Source of the DNA: an uncultured Dehalococcoidales bacterium
GTDB lineage: Bacteria > Chloroflexota > Dehalococcoidia > GIF9 > UBA5629
Assembly (NCBI GenBank): GCA_964605885.1
Contig: CAZSED010000002.1
Coordinates: 14,502-78,501 of the forward strand
DNA: 64,000 bases
Direction: 5' to 3'
Shown here: in pieces, positions 1 to 9,593 of the stretch
How positions within the stretch are numbered: the stretch's first letter is position 1
Layout of the letters: each line of letters opens with the position of its first letter
Program-made: the position numbers and the translations under genes
The notes under the pieces: model-generated
The model's database searches: none
What the model was told of the DNA's origin: nothing
The model's input: only the letters and a program-made list of their open reading frames with translations

Positions 1-683
1 CCCGTAATGACTCCTGTAATCACCACGTGGTCACCCGGATTGGCCACCAGCGTGTTGGTGCCCGGCTTCAAGAAATTATAGATATACTGCGGCATGATAA
101 TGGCGCGAAAGAAAGAAGTATAGTCGCGCCAGCATTCCACGCAGGGATAGCCCCACTCCCTGCTGCCGCTGGCCCCCTCCCAGATATCCTTCATGAAGAA
201 AATAAATGTCCAGGGTTGAGGCCCCTGCCCTAAAAAGCGCGAGGGCAACCAGCTTGAAACATACGTGACGTCTCCCTCCACCTTCACCTGCTTTCCCGTA
301 TAGCTCAACAGCCTGTCCGTATCCAGGGCCGGGATAACCTGCAGGGGCTCGGCCGGCGGCTGTGCTGCGGGCCGGGGATTTACAGTCAGGTCGGCCGTGC
401 TGGCCAAAGTCGTGGCCCCATTGCTGGCCGTAAGCGTGTAAACCGTGGACCTGTCAGGCGCCACCTGCAGAGTACCCGAGGAAGGCACCTCGCCTATGCC
501 GTTGTCAATGGTGACTCTTGTGGCCCCGGCCGTGTTCCAGCGCAGCGTCGCGTTCTCGCCCTGGATGATCGGCCTGGGCAATACCTCAAAGTAGTTCACC
601 AGGACGGGCGGCGTAGCGCAGCGGATAAAGAGGGCCGGCAGCAGCAGCATCGCTGCCAAGACCAAAATAGATAACCTGTGCAT
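1..683 (-). CDS. Secreted protein, C-terminally truncated by the window edge. Its N-terminal Ig-like domain is paralogous to the N-terminus of the 10780..11994 product.
   Basis: Hand translation of the minus strand shows an open frame from 683 to position 1: MHRLSILVLAAMLLLPALFIRCATPPVLVNYFEVLPRPIIQGENATLRWNTAGATRVTIDNGIGEV... GGAGG sits 5 nt upstream of the ATG. A signal peptide is present. The ORF is absent from the supplied track because it has no in-window stop. Confidence 0.5.
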   Translation of the reverse strand, partial: MHRLSILVLAAMLLLPALFIRCATPPVLVNYFEVLPRPIIQGENATLRWNTAGATRVTIDNGIGEVPSSGTLQVAPDRSTVYTLTASNGATTLASTADLTVNPRPAAQPPAEPLQVIPALDTDRLLSYTGKQVKVEGDVTYVSSWLPSRFLGQGPQPWTFIFFMKDIWEGASGSREWGYPCVECWRDYTSFFRAIIMPQYIYNFLKPGTNTLVANPGDHVVITGVIT

Positions 684-765
684 GGCATCCTCCTGCCCGT
701 TCGCCGGATATACCGGGATTATAATGCCCGCTATTCACGGCGGGCAAATCAGTGGCAGTTTGTCG

Positions 766-1566
766 CTAGGTCAGCTTTATCTTCTTGATAAGCTTGGAGA
801 CGGATTTATTGTAGCGCGGCTCAAAGAACAGGAAGGGCTGTATGGGGTAGCTGGTGCCTTTCTCATCAGTTTCGCGCAGGCCCTCCAGCAGCCCGGGCAA
901 TTTAGACGGCGGCAGTACGAAAACCATCTCGTTGTCTGCGGCCATGCCTATCTGTCGCTCGCCCCTGCCCGGCACTACATAAGCAGCCTTGCCTGATACC
1001 GCAGGCTCGATCATTTCGCCCACACAGGAGATGCCCAGGTGGCCACGCGACTCAATCACACCGCCCTCGGAATAAATCATCGACTGTACCAGCCTGGCCA
1101 TCTGCGCCGGATTGCCATAGATCATAATCACGTCCGGCTCGGCCACAACGCCGGAGTCGATAGGTGCGACCAGGATGCCTTTGGAAGGGCACTTTTTCTC
1201 TCCGGAAAAATATGACTGCTCTGCCAGAGTTGATCTGGCCTTTTCCAGGTCCTTTATATACCCCGCGGAAACCATGAAATTGGCAAGTTCCTCCTTGCGG
1301 TCAAGATCTCCCAGGTCACCCCAGCCAAAGGCCATAAGCGCTGCAGCGCAGTTGACCTCTTCGGGCGTCACAGCCAGCGCCATGTTCCATCTCCTGGCGA
1401 TGGTGTTGGCCTGGCAGAGCGCCATTTTTACGTTAAAGCTGCCGGGCCTGAGTGTGCCCTGGGGAATCTCGGAGACGTCCTGTATGAACTTGATAGCAAG
1501 CGGCCGTGTCTCGACCCTCAGATAGCGCACCAATTGGTCGAATGCATCCTTAAAATTTATAGCCAT
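766..1566 (-). CDS. DUF169 family protein
   Basis: 266 aa; the N-terminus MAINFKDAFDQLVRYL...PLAIKF and the overall length are typical of DUF169 (COG2043). Confidence 0.55.
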   Translation of the reverse strand: MAINFKDAFDQLVRYLRVETRPLAIKFIQDVSEIPQGTLRPGSFNVKMALCQANTIARRWNMALAVTPEEVNCAAALMAFGWGDLGDLDRKEELANFMVSAGYIKDLEKARSTLAEQSYFSGEKKCPSKGILVAPIDSGVVAEPDVIMIYGNPAQMARLVQSMIYSEGGVIESRGHLGISCVGEMIEPAVSGKAAYVVPGRGERQIGMAADNEMVFVLPPSKLPGLLEGLRETDEKGTSYPIQPFLFFEPRYNKSVSKLIKKIKLT

Positions 1567-1587
1567 CCTGACCCCCTCTCGTGGCTT

Positions 1588-2085
1588 TTAAGCCCGTTCA
1601 CTGCCCTCGATGATCAGCTCGCCGGCCAGCCGCGCCGCTTTCTGCGCCGGGGCACGGCATTTTTTACCTGCCTCCAGCTTCACGAACTCAGCCTGATCGT
1701 CGGGATTGACCAGGTTGAAGCTGCGGCCAAAGATATGGTGCTGCACCTGCTGGCAATTGCAGCCGCCAAACTGTTCTTCAAACCGTTTACACAGCTTGCG
1801 TGCGGCACTCGTGGTGCGCTGTACCGCCTTGAAGTCATCCGCCTTTTCCCTGCCGAAGGCCATGCCCAGCGCCATGAGGGCTCCCACTACTGCGCCGCAT
1901 GTCTCGCCCCGCAAAGCGATGCCCGGCATGGCGGTGGCGGCTTTAAGTGTTTGAGCATCACCCAGGCCGAACTCCTCCTGCAGCGCCAGCAGAGTGCCCT
2001 GGGCACAGCTGCCGTACAGTTCTTCGTAATCCCCTGCTTTCCGTTCAAGTCGCTCGAGTCTCTCCTGAGATGATTGATCCGGCAT
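1588..2085 (-). CDS. C_GCAxxG_C_C family redox-active protein
   Basis: Contains the motifs CAQGTLLAL and TCGAVVGALMALG. Start placed at MPDQSS because GGAGG lies 7 nt upstream; the track ORF runs on to 2127. Confidence 0.6.
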   Translation of the reverse strand: MPDQSSQERLERLERKAGDYEELYGSCAQGTLLALQEEFGLGDAQTLKAATAMPGIALRGETCGAVVGALMALGMAFGREKADDFKAVQRTTSAARKLCKRFEEQFGGCNCQQVQHHIFGRSFNLVNPDDQAEFVKLEAGKKCRAPAQKAARLAGELIIEGSERA

Positions 2086-2130
2086 GATGTTGCCTCCTCG
2101 TTGATTCACTGCCTTAGCCAGGTACATCCA

Positions 2131-3408
2131 TTACCCGGCGGAAGAAAAGATATGCCTGGCCAGCATGGCCGTAAGCCCTGGATCGTAAGGCCCGGCCTCG
2201 ATGTTGGCCCTGCATTCTTCCAGTATCCTGTCGGCGTCCCCGCAGATGAAAAATTCCCGCAGCCGGTCTTCACTGCGTATACCCATGGCCTCACCTATCA
2301 CGGTGAGTATATTCTGTATCTGAAAGGGGTACCTGGACTGCAGAGAGATGAACTGAAAATGACAGCCCTGGCAAGCGTCTACCAGCGTCTCGGCGCCCGT
2401 CTTGAGCGCCTCCTCCAGGACCTGCCTCGCCATGGCGCGGCCGACAGCGGGCAGCTTGCGACTGGCCACCGCACCGCAGCACAAGGATTTGTCTCTTGCA
2501 TTAGCCATCTCCATCTGAGTCAGGCCGGGAATGGCCTTTAGTATCGTACGCAGCGAGGTTGTATCTCCCATCAGCCTGCTCATTGAACAGGGATCGTGCA
2601 GCGTGACATTCCTTTTGATAGGGTGGATGAACTTTATATCACTCACCCGGTTGGCCAGGAAATGGAACATCTCCTCATATTGAAAGGGAACCGGGCTAAC
2701 CTCATGGTCGAAGGCCGCTATCCGGCCGGCGCATTCGGCACAGCAAAAGATGACCTGCTCGGGTTTAAATGCAGCCAGAGCCGCCACCAGCTTATGGGCC
2801 AGGCGCTCTGCTACATCCAGGTCCACGCCTGCGTAACGTGCACCGCAGCAGAGCTCACCCCCGGCTACCAGAGCGAAGTCCAGTCCAAGCCGCTTAAAAA
2901 TTTCGCTTACCAGGTAGATCTTATCGGGCATCATTACCAGCGCACAGCCGGTGAAGATAACGATATCCTTTTCCCCGGGGTGGTCCGGCACGCTGCTCAG
3001 CCAGTGTTTCTCCTCCGGACTGACCTGCATGCTGGCCAGAATGTCCGGGATAAACAGGCTGTCTTCACCCAGCCGCAACTCCATTAACGGCCGGCGTTTC
3101 CCGGTGAGCCTTACCATTTCAAGCTGCAGCAGCTCTTGCATTACTACGGGGTCAATATCCAGCGGACAGGCATCACGACAGGACATGCAGTGTGCGCAGC
3201 TGGCCGACCTGATGGAGGCTTCTTCGCAAAGCGTCCCGTCCTTAAGAACGCCCATGACCTTTTCCTGTATATCGCAGGAGGATACCGATTTTAAAGCGGT
3301 CAGGGCAATGGCCGGGCAGGCTTCCACACAGGCGCCGCACAGGTTGCAGTCCTGTATATAATGCAGCTTCCTATCCTGGTATAGATTTCTGAGTGACATG
3401 TTTGGCAT
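2131..3408 (-). CDS. Heterodisulfide-reductase-D-like Fe-S protein with two 4Fe-4S ferredoxin motifs and two CCG domains (HdrD/GlcF-like)
   Basis: CxxCxxCxxxCP appears twice (CNLCGACVEACP, CAHCMSCRDACP), followed by Cys-rich CCG-type regions (CCGARYAG, CCGAVAS). No convincing SD; start chosen at an internal ATG. Confidence 0.6.
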   Translation of the reverse strand: MPNMSLRNLYQDRKLHYIQDCNLCGACVEACPAIALTALKSVSSCDIQEKVMGVLKDGTLCEEASIRSASCAHCMSCRDACPLDIDPVVMQELLQLEMVRLTGKRRPLMELRLGEDSLFIPDILASMQVSPEEKHWLSSVPDHPGEKDIVIFTGCALVMMPDKIYLVSEIFKRLGLDFALVAGGELCCGARYAGVDLDVAERLAHKLVAALAAFKPEQVIFCCAECAGRIAAFDHEVSPVPFQYEEMFHFLANRVSDIKFIHPIKRNVTLHDPCSMSRLMGDTTSLRTILKAIPGLTQMEMANARDKSLCCGAVASRKLPAVGRAMARQVLEEALKTGAETLVDACQGCHFQFISLQSRYPFQIQNILTVIGEAMGIRSEDRLREFFICGDADRILEECRANIEAGPYDPGLTAMLARHIFSSAG

Positions 3409-3503
3409 ATGACTTACAGAGAATATTTTCAAAGGGGACAATGCAACACAAATCCCATAATACTATAATCTGGTAACTATTATAAACATCGGAGGGGGAA
3501 CCC

Positions 3504-4334
3504 ATGACAAGCGCTGGTGAATCGGCCGGCCCAATTTCCAGGGGTCTGATCTGCTACTATTCAGGCTCCGGCAATACCAAGCTGGCCTGCCAGTATATAG
3601 CGGGCCGGATAAAGAGTGTACGCTTCGACCTCTTCAATGTTTTTCGCGGAGGCACACCGCCGATAGACAATTACGACATCTTGGGCTTTGCCACCTTTAC
3701 AGATTTCCTGGACCCGCCGCAGCTCATGCGGCTTTTTATGCACAGCCTGCCGCGGCAGAAGGGCAAACCGGCTTTTGTATTCAACACCTTCGGCAACGTC
3801 AGCGGAAAGACGTTGTGGACCCTTTGCAGGTGGGCCTCCTCGAAGGGGTTCCGCCTGCTGGCAGCACATTCGTTGCACGTGCCTGAGAGCTACCCTCCCA
3901 TGGTGGCCGGGGGTCACGGCAATGAGGAGCACCCTACAATCGGGGAGCTTGAAGCTTTTAACAGCTTTATAGCCGGTCTGGAATGGGACTTCGAGCAGTT
4001 CAGGCATAACGGAAGGAGTCACTCTACCAGGACGCTGGCAGGCATGCTCCTGGGCTGGCTGCCTTTACTACCGCGCACGCTCTCGAAGAACGAGATGGGA
4101 GCCAAATACGTTGACGCCTCGCTCTGCGACGAATGCGGCATCTGCCGCAAGATATGCCCCTACAGCGCCATAGAGCTCGACCCCAAGCCCGTCTTCGACC
4201 TTTCAAAATGCTACGGCTGCTGGAGCTGCTACAACCACTGCCCGCAAAAGGCAATATACACTGCAAAATATCGCGGACGGGGACATTATCCCAGGCCCAT
4301 TGAAAGCCTCAAGGACAAGCTAAAGGTATCCTGA
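3504..4334 (+). CDS. Flavodoxin-like domain fused to a 2x[4Fe-4S] ferredoxin domain (EFR1-type)
   Basis: N-terminal ICYYSGSGNT flavodoxin signature; C-terminal CDECGICRKICP and CYGCWSCYNHCP. A TATAAT and a GGAGGGGG RBS lie upstream. Confidence 0.65.
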   Translation: MTSAGESAGPISRGLICYYSGSGNTKLACQYIAGRIKSVRFDLFNVFRGGTPPIDNYDILGFATFTDFLDPPQLMRLFMHSLPRQKGKPAFVFNTFGNVSGKTLWTLCRWASSKGFRLLAAHSLHVPESYPPMVAGGHGNEEHPTIGELEAFNSFIAGLEWDFEQFRHNGRSHSTRTLAGMLLGWLPLLPRTLSKNEMGAKYVDASLCDECGICRKICPYSAIELDPKPVFDLSKCYGCWSCYNHCPQKAIYTAKYRGRGHYPRPIESLKDKLKVS

Positions 4335-4371
4335 GCCACGTGCGGCACCTTCCAATGTTGATCGCACCATA

Positions 4372-4400
4372 TTGACATCGACCAGAAAATACACTAAACT
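4372..4400 (+). promoter_or_regulatory. Sigma70-like promoter (TTGACA, 17-nt spacer, TAAACT) upstream of the 4456 gene
   Basis: Hexamers read directly from the sequence: TTGACA at 4372-4377, a 17-nt spacer, then TAAACT at 4395-4400. Confidence 0.4.
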
Positions 4401-4455
4401 CGGGCCAGTCCGCCGCAAGTAAAAGGCGGGCACCAGTACTGCGAGGAGGGGCTCT

Positions 4456-5484
4456 ATGAAAAGATTTATTCCGCTGCTGGTCTTATTGCTGGTCCTGTTG
4501 TCAGTGCCGATCTCCGACAGGGTCAACGGGTTCCCCAATATCTGTGGCTCTGCAATCACGCAGGCCGCCACGGACATAACCCCCACTACCGCCACGCTCA
4601 ACGGCCAGGTTCTAATTCCCGAGCTATCGTTGCATGACAGGCACGGCGACATCATCCCGGCGGATTATGAGCTTGCAGACGTGGCTCCTGAAACATGCAC
4701 GGTCTACTTCCAGTACGGCACGACTTCTGGCGTCTATCCCCTCTCTACCCCGCCGGTCGCCAATCCACACAGTTCGACTATAAGATCGGTATCCAGGGCT
4801 GTGGGGGACCTCACGCCCTGTACTACCTATTTTGCGCGCATTGTCATACATTGCTCCTTTTCCCTTATACAGCGCCAGAGCCCGCTGGAATCCCTGTTTG
4901 CACTGGCTTCGACGGATTCCTGGTCAGCCTTCCCGCGCGGCCTTGGTTTCGGCTTTAGCGGCATCCCGGCAAGGGGCAGTCATTATACAGTTGCTGAGTG
5001 CACCGCGCCTGGCAACGAGATATCATTTACCACCCTGGGCTGCCAGGTGGGCAATGTCCACTCATCTCTGGCCACCGGCGGCGTGGGCCAGGGCGGCGTG
5101 CCCACCAATTTATCCAACATAGTTACCTCCGCCGCCACGATTTCCAATACAAAAGTGTCGCCGGGTGAGCAGGTGGACGTCATCGCAACCCTTATCAATA
5201 AGGGCAATGCCAACGGCGCTCTCAAAATCAACCTTTATGTAAACGACGAGCTGGCCGATTCCAGGGGCGTTACTCTGTCCGCCGGCGAGAGCGCACCCGT
5301 TCATTTTTATGTCACGCGCAATGAGCCGGGCACCTATACGGTCAGGGTGGGCAACATTCCAGCCGGCAGCTTTACCGTGGATCTTTTCAGCAACAACGAT
5401 ATCCTGATCTACGGCGTCATCGCTGTCTTCACGCTGGGCATCGTAGGTGTCATCATCCTGCTGTCAAGGAGGCGTCGGGCCTGA
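4456..5484 (+). CDS. Secreted CARDB-like domain protein with a C-terminal TM anchor
   Basis: N-terminal signal peptide; a CARDB-like segment (GEQVDVIATLINKGNANGALKINLYVND...YTVRVGN); C-terminal hydrophobic helix followed by a basic tail RRRRA. Confidence 0.5.
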   Translation: MKRFIPLLVLLLVLLSVPISDRVNGFPNICGSAITQAATDITPTTATLNGQVLIPELSLHDRHGDIIPADYELADVAPETCTVYFQYGTTSGVYPLSTPPVANPHSSTIRSVSRAVGDLTPCTTYFARIVIHCSFSLIQRQSPLESLFALASTDSWSAFPRGLGFGFSGIPARGSHYTVAECTAPGNEISFTTLGCQVGNVHSSLATGGVGQGGVPTNLSNIVTSAATISNTKVSPGEQVDVIATLINKGNANGALKINLYVNDELADSRGVTLSAGESAPVHFYVTRNEPGTYTVRVGNIPAGSFTVDLFSNNDILIYGVIAVFTLGIVGVIILLSRRRRA

Positions 5485-5554
5485 CGCAAGCCTGCAAAAG
5501 CCAGGGGGCGCATCCTGGGATGCGCCCCCTTTTCATTTACGTTCCCGGCGTGAG

Positions 5555-6697
5555 CTACTGGCCGAGGAAGAGGTTCTTGGGATTGGTGACCATCATGGTC
5601 GTTATCTGCTCGTCTGTCACGCCCTGCGCTTTAAGGGCAGGCAGTATATCCTTGGATATGTGGTCTATCCTCCAGTCCTTGAACAGGCCCATGGCCGCTT
5701 CAGGCACTGCAATGGGCCGTCCCACCCAGTAGTTGACCGTATCATGCGAAAGCTCCAGCTGGTTGGCGAAGCCCTCTTTGCACAGCTGGGCAATGTTCGA
5801 AACGGTGACATCATCCGGCACGCCGTAAAGAGGCGTCAGTCCAATGCGGTCGAAGGCGACCTTGGTGCCTTTGGCCAGTATGGCCCGGTGGTAGGCGATA
5901 TCCCGCGAGTTGTTGACATGACCGATCTGAATTTTCTTGGGGTCTGCGCCCTGGCTGATAAGGAATTCAGCCTGCTCCGGGCCGCCCGTGGGGCCCTCTG
6001 TGTGGGTCACAATAGGCACGCCGGTGGCCTTCTGGGCGATGGCCGCCGCCTTGTGCACGGCCTGCTCGTACTCGGTCATTTCGCCGCTGGAGCCCACTTT
6101 GATGGCGCCGGCCTTAACTCCGGTGTTGCCGATGCCCACGGTGATCTCCTTGATAAACAGCTCGGAAATCATCTTGGAGAGGTCCGTGCCAAATATCGTC
6201 CTGGTCTTCCAGTAGGCTGGTGAGCCTTCCTTTTCCGTGTAGAGGCCGGTGGTGCAGATTATGTTGATGCCCGTCCTCTTTGAAAGCTCGGCGTAAAGTA
6301 CGGGGTCGCGCCCGCCGGTATCATTGGGCGTGGGATCGATGACGCTCTTGATGCCGTTGGCCTTGAGCGTGTCGCATACCTTGAGGCCAACCTGCAGTGC
6401 GGCCTCGCGGTCGTAGGGCGCTACGGTCGCATCTGCGAACCAACCGGGGTAAGCGAAGGCAAAGTGTTCATGTACCAGCGTGACCCCTAGCTGGTCGGGT
6501 GAAATAGGCCCCAGCGCCGAGTTGATCATGCCGGGCGGCGTGGGGGGCAGCGGCGGGGCCGCCGCCGTTTGCTGGGCCGGCGGAGTCGTGGTAGCCGCAG
6601 GGGCTGCAGGCGTACAGGCCGCTACTGCCAGCGTAAGTATTAGGATAAGGGAAAAGAATGCTGCCGTAAGGAATCCTGTTGACCGATGCATAGACAC
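5555..6697 (-). CDS. Phosphotriesterase-family (amidohydrolase) lipoprotein
   Basis: GVTLVHEHFAF matches the PTE HxH metal motif. Lipobox LAVAAC and a Thr/Pro/Ala-rich linker. Confidence 0.55.
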   Translation of the reverse strand: MSMHRSTGFLTAAFFSLILILTLAVAACTPAAPAATTTPPAQQTAAAPPLPPTPPGMINSALGPISPDQLGVTLVHEHFAFAYPGWFADATVAPYDREAALQVGLKVCDTLKANGIKSVIDPTPNDTGGRDPVLYAELSKRTGINIICTTGLYTEKEGSPAYWKTRTIFGTDLSKMISELFIKEITVGIGNTGVKAGAIKVGSSGEMTEYEQAVHKAAAIAQKATGVPIVTHTEGPTGGPEQAEFLISQGADPKKIQIGHVNNSRDIAYHRAILAKGTKVAFDRIGLTPLYGVPDDVTVSNIAQLCKEGFANQLELSHDTVNYWVGRPIAVPEAAMGLFKDWRIDHISKDILPALKAQGVTDEQITTMMVTNPKNLFLGQ

Positions 6698-6913
6698 CTC
6701 CTCTGCCTGAATTATGGCCCATTATAACACCTTTTTTACCACGGTTAAGCGTGGGAAAATGCCACTTTATAACTTCTCAGGCCACCGCAGGCAGGGCGCT
6801 GCATCGTTTGATCGGCGCCGCTTTCAATATGGGGAATGCGTTGTGCCCTGTTGACTGCCGCATATATAATGGTCGCGGCTATAAAATAAACCGCAGAGCA
6901 AGGCGGCAGGAGG

Positions 6914-8386
6914 TTGATGATGTTCAGACCATCTCATGTTTTCACCATCCTGATTATTGCAGTAGTCATTGCTGCTGTGCTGATATCCTGCGCCGCCCCG
7001 GCCGCCAAGCAGTCGGAGCCGGGCAGCGGCCTGGAAGGGTTCATTTCCTCCCTGCAGAAGGGCGGCTTCACGCTCAAACCTGTACCGTTCATACCCGTTG
7101 ACCTGATCAGGCTGTACGAGTCCGGCAGGCTGGCCAACGCGGCAGGCAATAATGCCGGTGCGCCTTACAGGGCGGTATTCGCCGCCGGGCCAGAGAACCT
7201 TCAAATGTCGGATATAAAACAGCTGTCCAACGCCGACGTATGGGAGAAGATGGAGACGCAACTGTACGGGATACATACATTGATACAGGGCTGGCAGCTT
7301 AACCCGGATGAGGCTCTTGTCATCGTGGGCAGGACGCCCCCGCAATGCGCCTACTTCAGCTACTGCGGCTTCGTCTTCTACAAGTATTATGAAAAGGAGC
7401 AGGGACGCAAATGGGTCTGGGCCAGCTTCAACGATCCGCTGAACAACCTCACTATCAAGACACTGGGCACGCGTGGCGGGAAAAAAGGCAACCCCTTCGA
7501 CCAGGATGTCATCATTGTCATCACTGCCGACCGGGGCACCGACAAGCAGGTGCGTAATGCCGCCGCCGCGGCGGGATACTCCAGGGATATCATCAATACC
7601 TACGTTGTCCCGGGCTCGCTGCTGAAGCTGGGCACCGGGCCCGACTGTGACAGTATTGTCTTCGGCCAGCGCATGGCGCTCTTCGCCGACGAGAACAAAG
7701 GCCAGGAATATGTTAATACGATTTCAGTCGCTATCAAGGTTACACCCACCGCGCAGGGCAAGCCCGACCCGTTCCCCGCGCCCGAGGTGCGCGTGAGGGG
7801 CACGGGCAAAACAGAGGTGGGCCTGCAGCCGGCGCTGGACGAGCTGCGCCGGGCCATACTGGCTAAATACAGCAGCCTGGCAGCCAGCGAGCTGGAGACG
7901 CACCAGTGGCTGTCCGAGTCTTATGACGCCATCCAGAGGGGCGAATACGTCGCAGGAGAAAGCCGCGACACCGTCTACCTGCGTTCCAGCACTTTCACGC
8001 TGGGTGATGCTGCAGATGAGTTCGCCGTCGCCTACGGCGTCAACCATGCCGCCAGCGGCAAGGCCACCTACTCCAACTGCTCCTTCTACGGCGAGGCAGG
8101 ATGGAACGGCGTGGCCGGCATTTATAGCCCCGATTTAACAGGCAGCGCCGATGCCTTTCTGCCGGGCAACCCACTGGCCAAATATCTATACGTCTGCAAG
8201 TTTGCCCGCACCTGCAACGGCGAAAAGACCTGCGTGGCGGTGGCGACCGGCCCTGTGGCCCACGGCGTTAAGCTGGACGAGCCGGCCTTCATCGGCTTCC
8301 GCGCCTACATGGAACCGTCCACGCGGGTCGGGCCGGCATATTCTGAGCTTCTTTACGACCGCGTAATCAAGTTTAGCCCGCGCTGA
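6914..8386 (+). CDS. Hypothetical secreted lipoprotein (490 aa)
   Basis: GGAGG RBS; signal peptide with lipobox LISCAA; no recognised domain. Confidence 0.55.
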   Translation: MMMFRPSHVFTILIIAVVIAAVLISCAAPAAKQSEPGSGLEGFISSLQKGGFTLKPVPFIPVDLIRLYESGRLANAAGNNAGAPYRAVFAAGPENLQMSDIKQLSNADVWEKMETQLYGIHTLIQGWQLNPDEALVIVGRTPPQCAYFSYCGFVFYKYYEKEQGRKWVWASFNDPLNNLTIKTLGTRGGKKGNPFDQDVIIVITADRGTDKQVRNAAAAAGYSRDIINTYVVPGSLLKLGTGPDCDSIVFGQRMALFADENKGQEYVNTISVAIKVTPTAQGKPDPFPAPEVRVRGTGKTEVGLQPALDELRRAILAKYSSLAASELETHQWLSESYDAIQRGEYVAGESRDTVYLRSSTFTLGDAADEFAVAYGVNHAASGKATYSNCSFYGEAGWNGVAGIYSPDLTGSADAFLPGNPLAKYLYVCKFARTCNGEKTCVAVATGPVAHGVKLDEPAFIGFRAYMEPSTRVGPAYSELLYDRVIKFSPR

Positions 8387-8415
8387 AACTACATTGTCTA
8401 AACGCAAAATAAATA

Positions 8416-8437
8416 CCGGCCCCTTCGAAGGGGCCGG
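8416..8437. terminator. GC-rich hairpin between convergent genes (bidirectional terminator)
   Basis: CCGGCCCCttcgaaGGGGCCGG is a perfect inverted repeat between the 3' ends of the 6914..8386(+) and 8471..8833(-) genes. Confidence 0.5.
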
Positions 8438-8470
8438 TACCTTTAAACTCAATCTTGCCCTCGGGCAGCC

Positions 8471-8833
8471 TTACATCTTTACGCGTTCGCCGAAGCCTAC
8501 GCTCAGCAGCACCTTGATGGCTGCAATGAGCGCCACGGGCGACATCAGGGCGGCGAAGTACACCAGTATGCTGGCGGCTATCTTGCCGATGCCCAGGAAG
8601 GTGATGGGTGCAAAGGCCGCTGTCATGGCCAGCAGCGCGATGGTGGCCAGCAGCAGCGTGTTGATCTGGGCGCTGTCCTTGACCATTATCACGTGTAGGA
8701 CGCCGATGATCACGCCGATGATCACCAGGGTGATGCCCACCGCGGCGTTCTCAGGGAGCAGCAGGCCTCCCACCACGGCCAGAAGCAGCCCGATGCAGAA
8801 CAGGATGAAACTGATGAGTCCCCATGCTTTCAT
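8471..8833 (-). CDS. Small integral membrane protein (about 4 TM)
   Basis: Highly hydrophobic 120-aa product. Confidence 0.5.
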   Translation of the reverse strand: MKAWGLISFILFCIGLLLAVVGGLLLPENAAVGITLVIIGVIIGVLHVIMVKDSAQINTLLLATIALLAMTAAFAPITFLGIGKIAASILVYFAALMSPVALIAAIKVLLSVGFGERVKM

Positions 8834-8981
8834 TGTTCAACTCCTCCTTTATTAATGCGCCATACTCTATCAAGGCCTGTTTGCAAAATATATACGTAGA
8901 ATTACTTACTTCCACGGGCGGAGGGTACTAAATCCCGCCCCCAACCGTTGCCGTCACCGGATAAAAAACAATAGAATATTA

Positions 8982-9539
8982 ATGGGCTTAGTGGCGGGAA
9001 AAAGCATGATAAATCGTGTATCTATCGCATTTATTTTAATGGTTGCTCTTACGGCTGTTATGCTGCAGCCAGGCTGCAGCCCCAACCCATTGCCGGGAGG
9101 CATCAAATCGTATTCCGGGGTTGAGAAGGGACAGGAGGAGCCGGTGCCCTCAGCACCGCCTCCCGCCAGCCCGGCCCCGGCTCAGCAGGACAACACCAAT
9201 GAGCGGCATATCGTGGTAACCCAGGCCAACAGCGTCTTCTCCATCGGCGTGCCGGCCGGATACCGCGAGGAGCGGCAGGTGGCGGCGGAGAAACCGGTCA
9301 ATTTCTGGTTCGAATACCTTACGCCGGATGTCACGCTGGAGATTAACGGCGCGGCAGTGGAGATACCGGCCTCCAGCTACCGCAATCCAAAGCTGGGCTA
9401 CACAGCCGGCGTGATGTCCTTCAGCTATGTGATCAAGAACCCCACAACCCAGCCAATTTCCTATAACCTGCACATGGAGCCGGCTGTGGCCGGCCAGTCG
9501 GTCCCGGCGGTTACCAGGGAAAAATGGGTGGCGCCTTAG
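8982..9539 (+). CDS. Hypothetical lipoprotein
   Basis: Signal peptide with LQPGCS lipobox and a Pro/Ala-rich linker. Confidence 0.45.
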   Translation: MGLVAGKSMINRVSIAFILMVALTAVMLQPGCSPNPLPGGIKSYSGVEKGQEEPVPSAPPPASPAPAQQDNTNERHIVVTQANSVFSIGVPAGYREERQVAAEKPVNFWFEYLTPDVTLEINGAAVEIPASSYRNPKLGYTAGVMSFSYVIKNPTTQPISYNLHMEPAVAGQSVPAVTREKWVAP

Positions 9540-9593
9540 ATTAAAAGAGTGCCTGTGCTACAATTCCTTTAAAGACCAGGGAGGTTAGCGGAT

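Noticed and set aside
5447-6223. 258-aa plus-strand ORF
   Set aside because: It is entirely antisense to the well-supported phosphotriesterase-family gene. High GC produces long spurious antisense ORFs.
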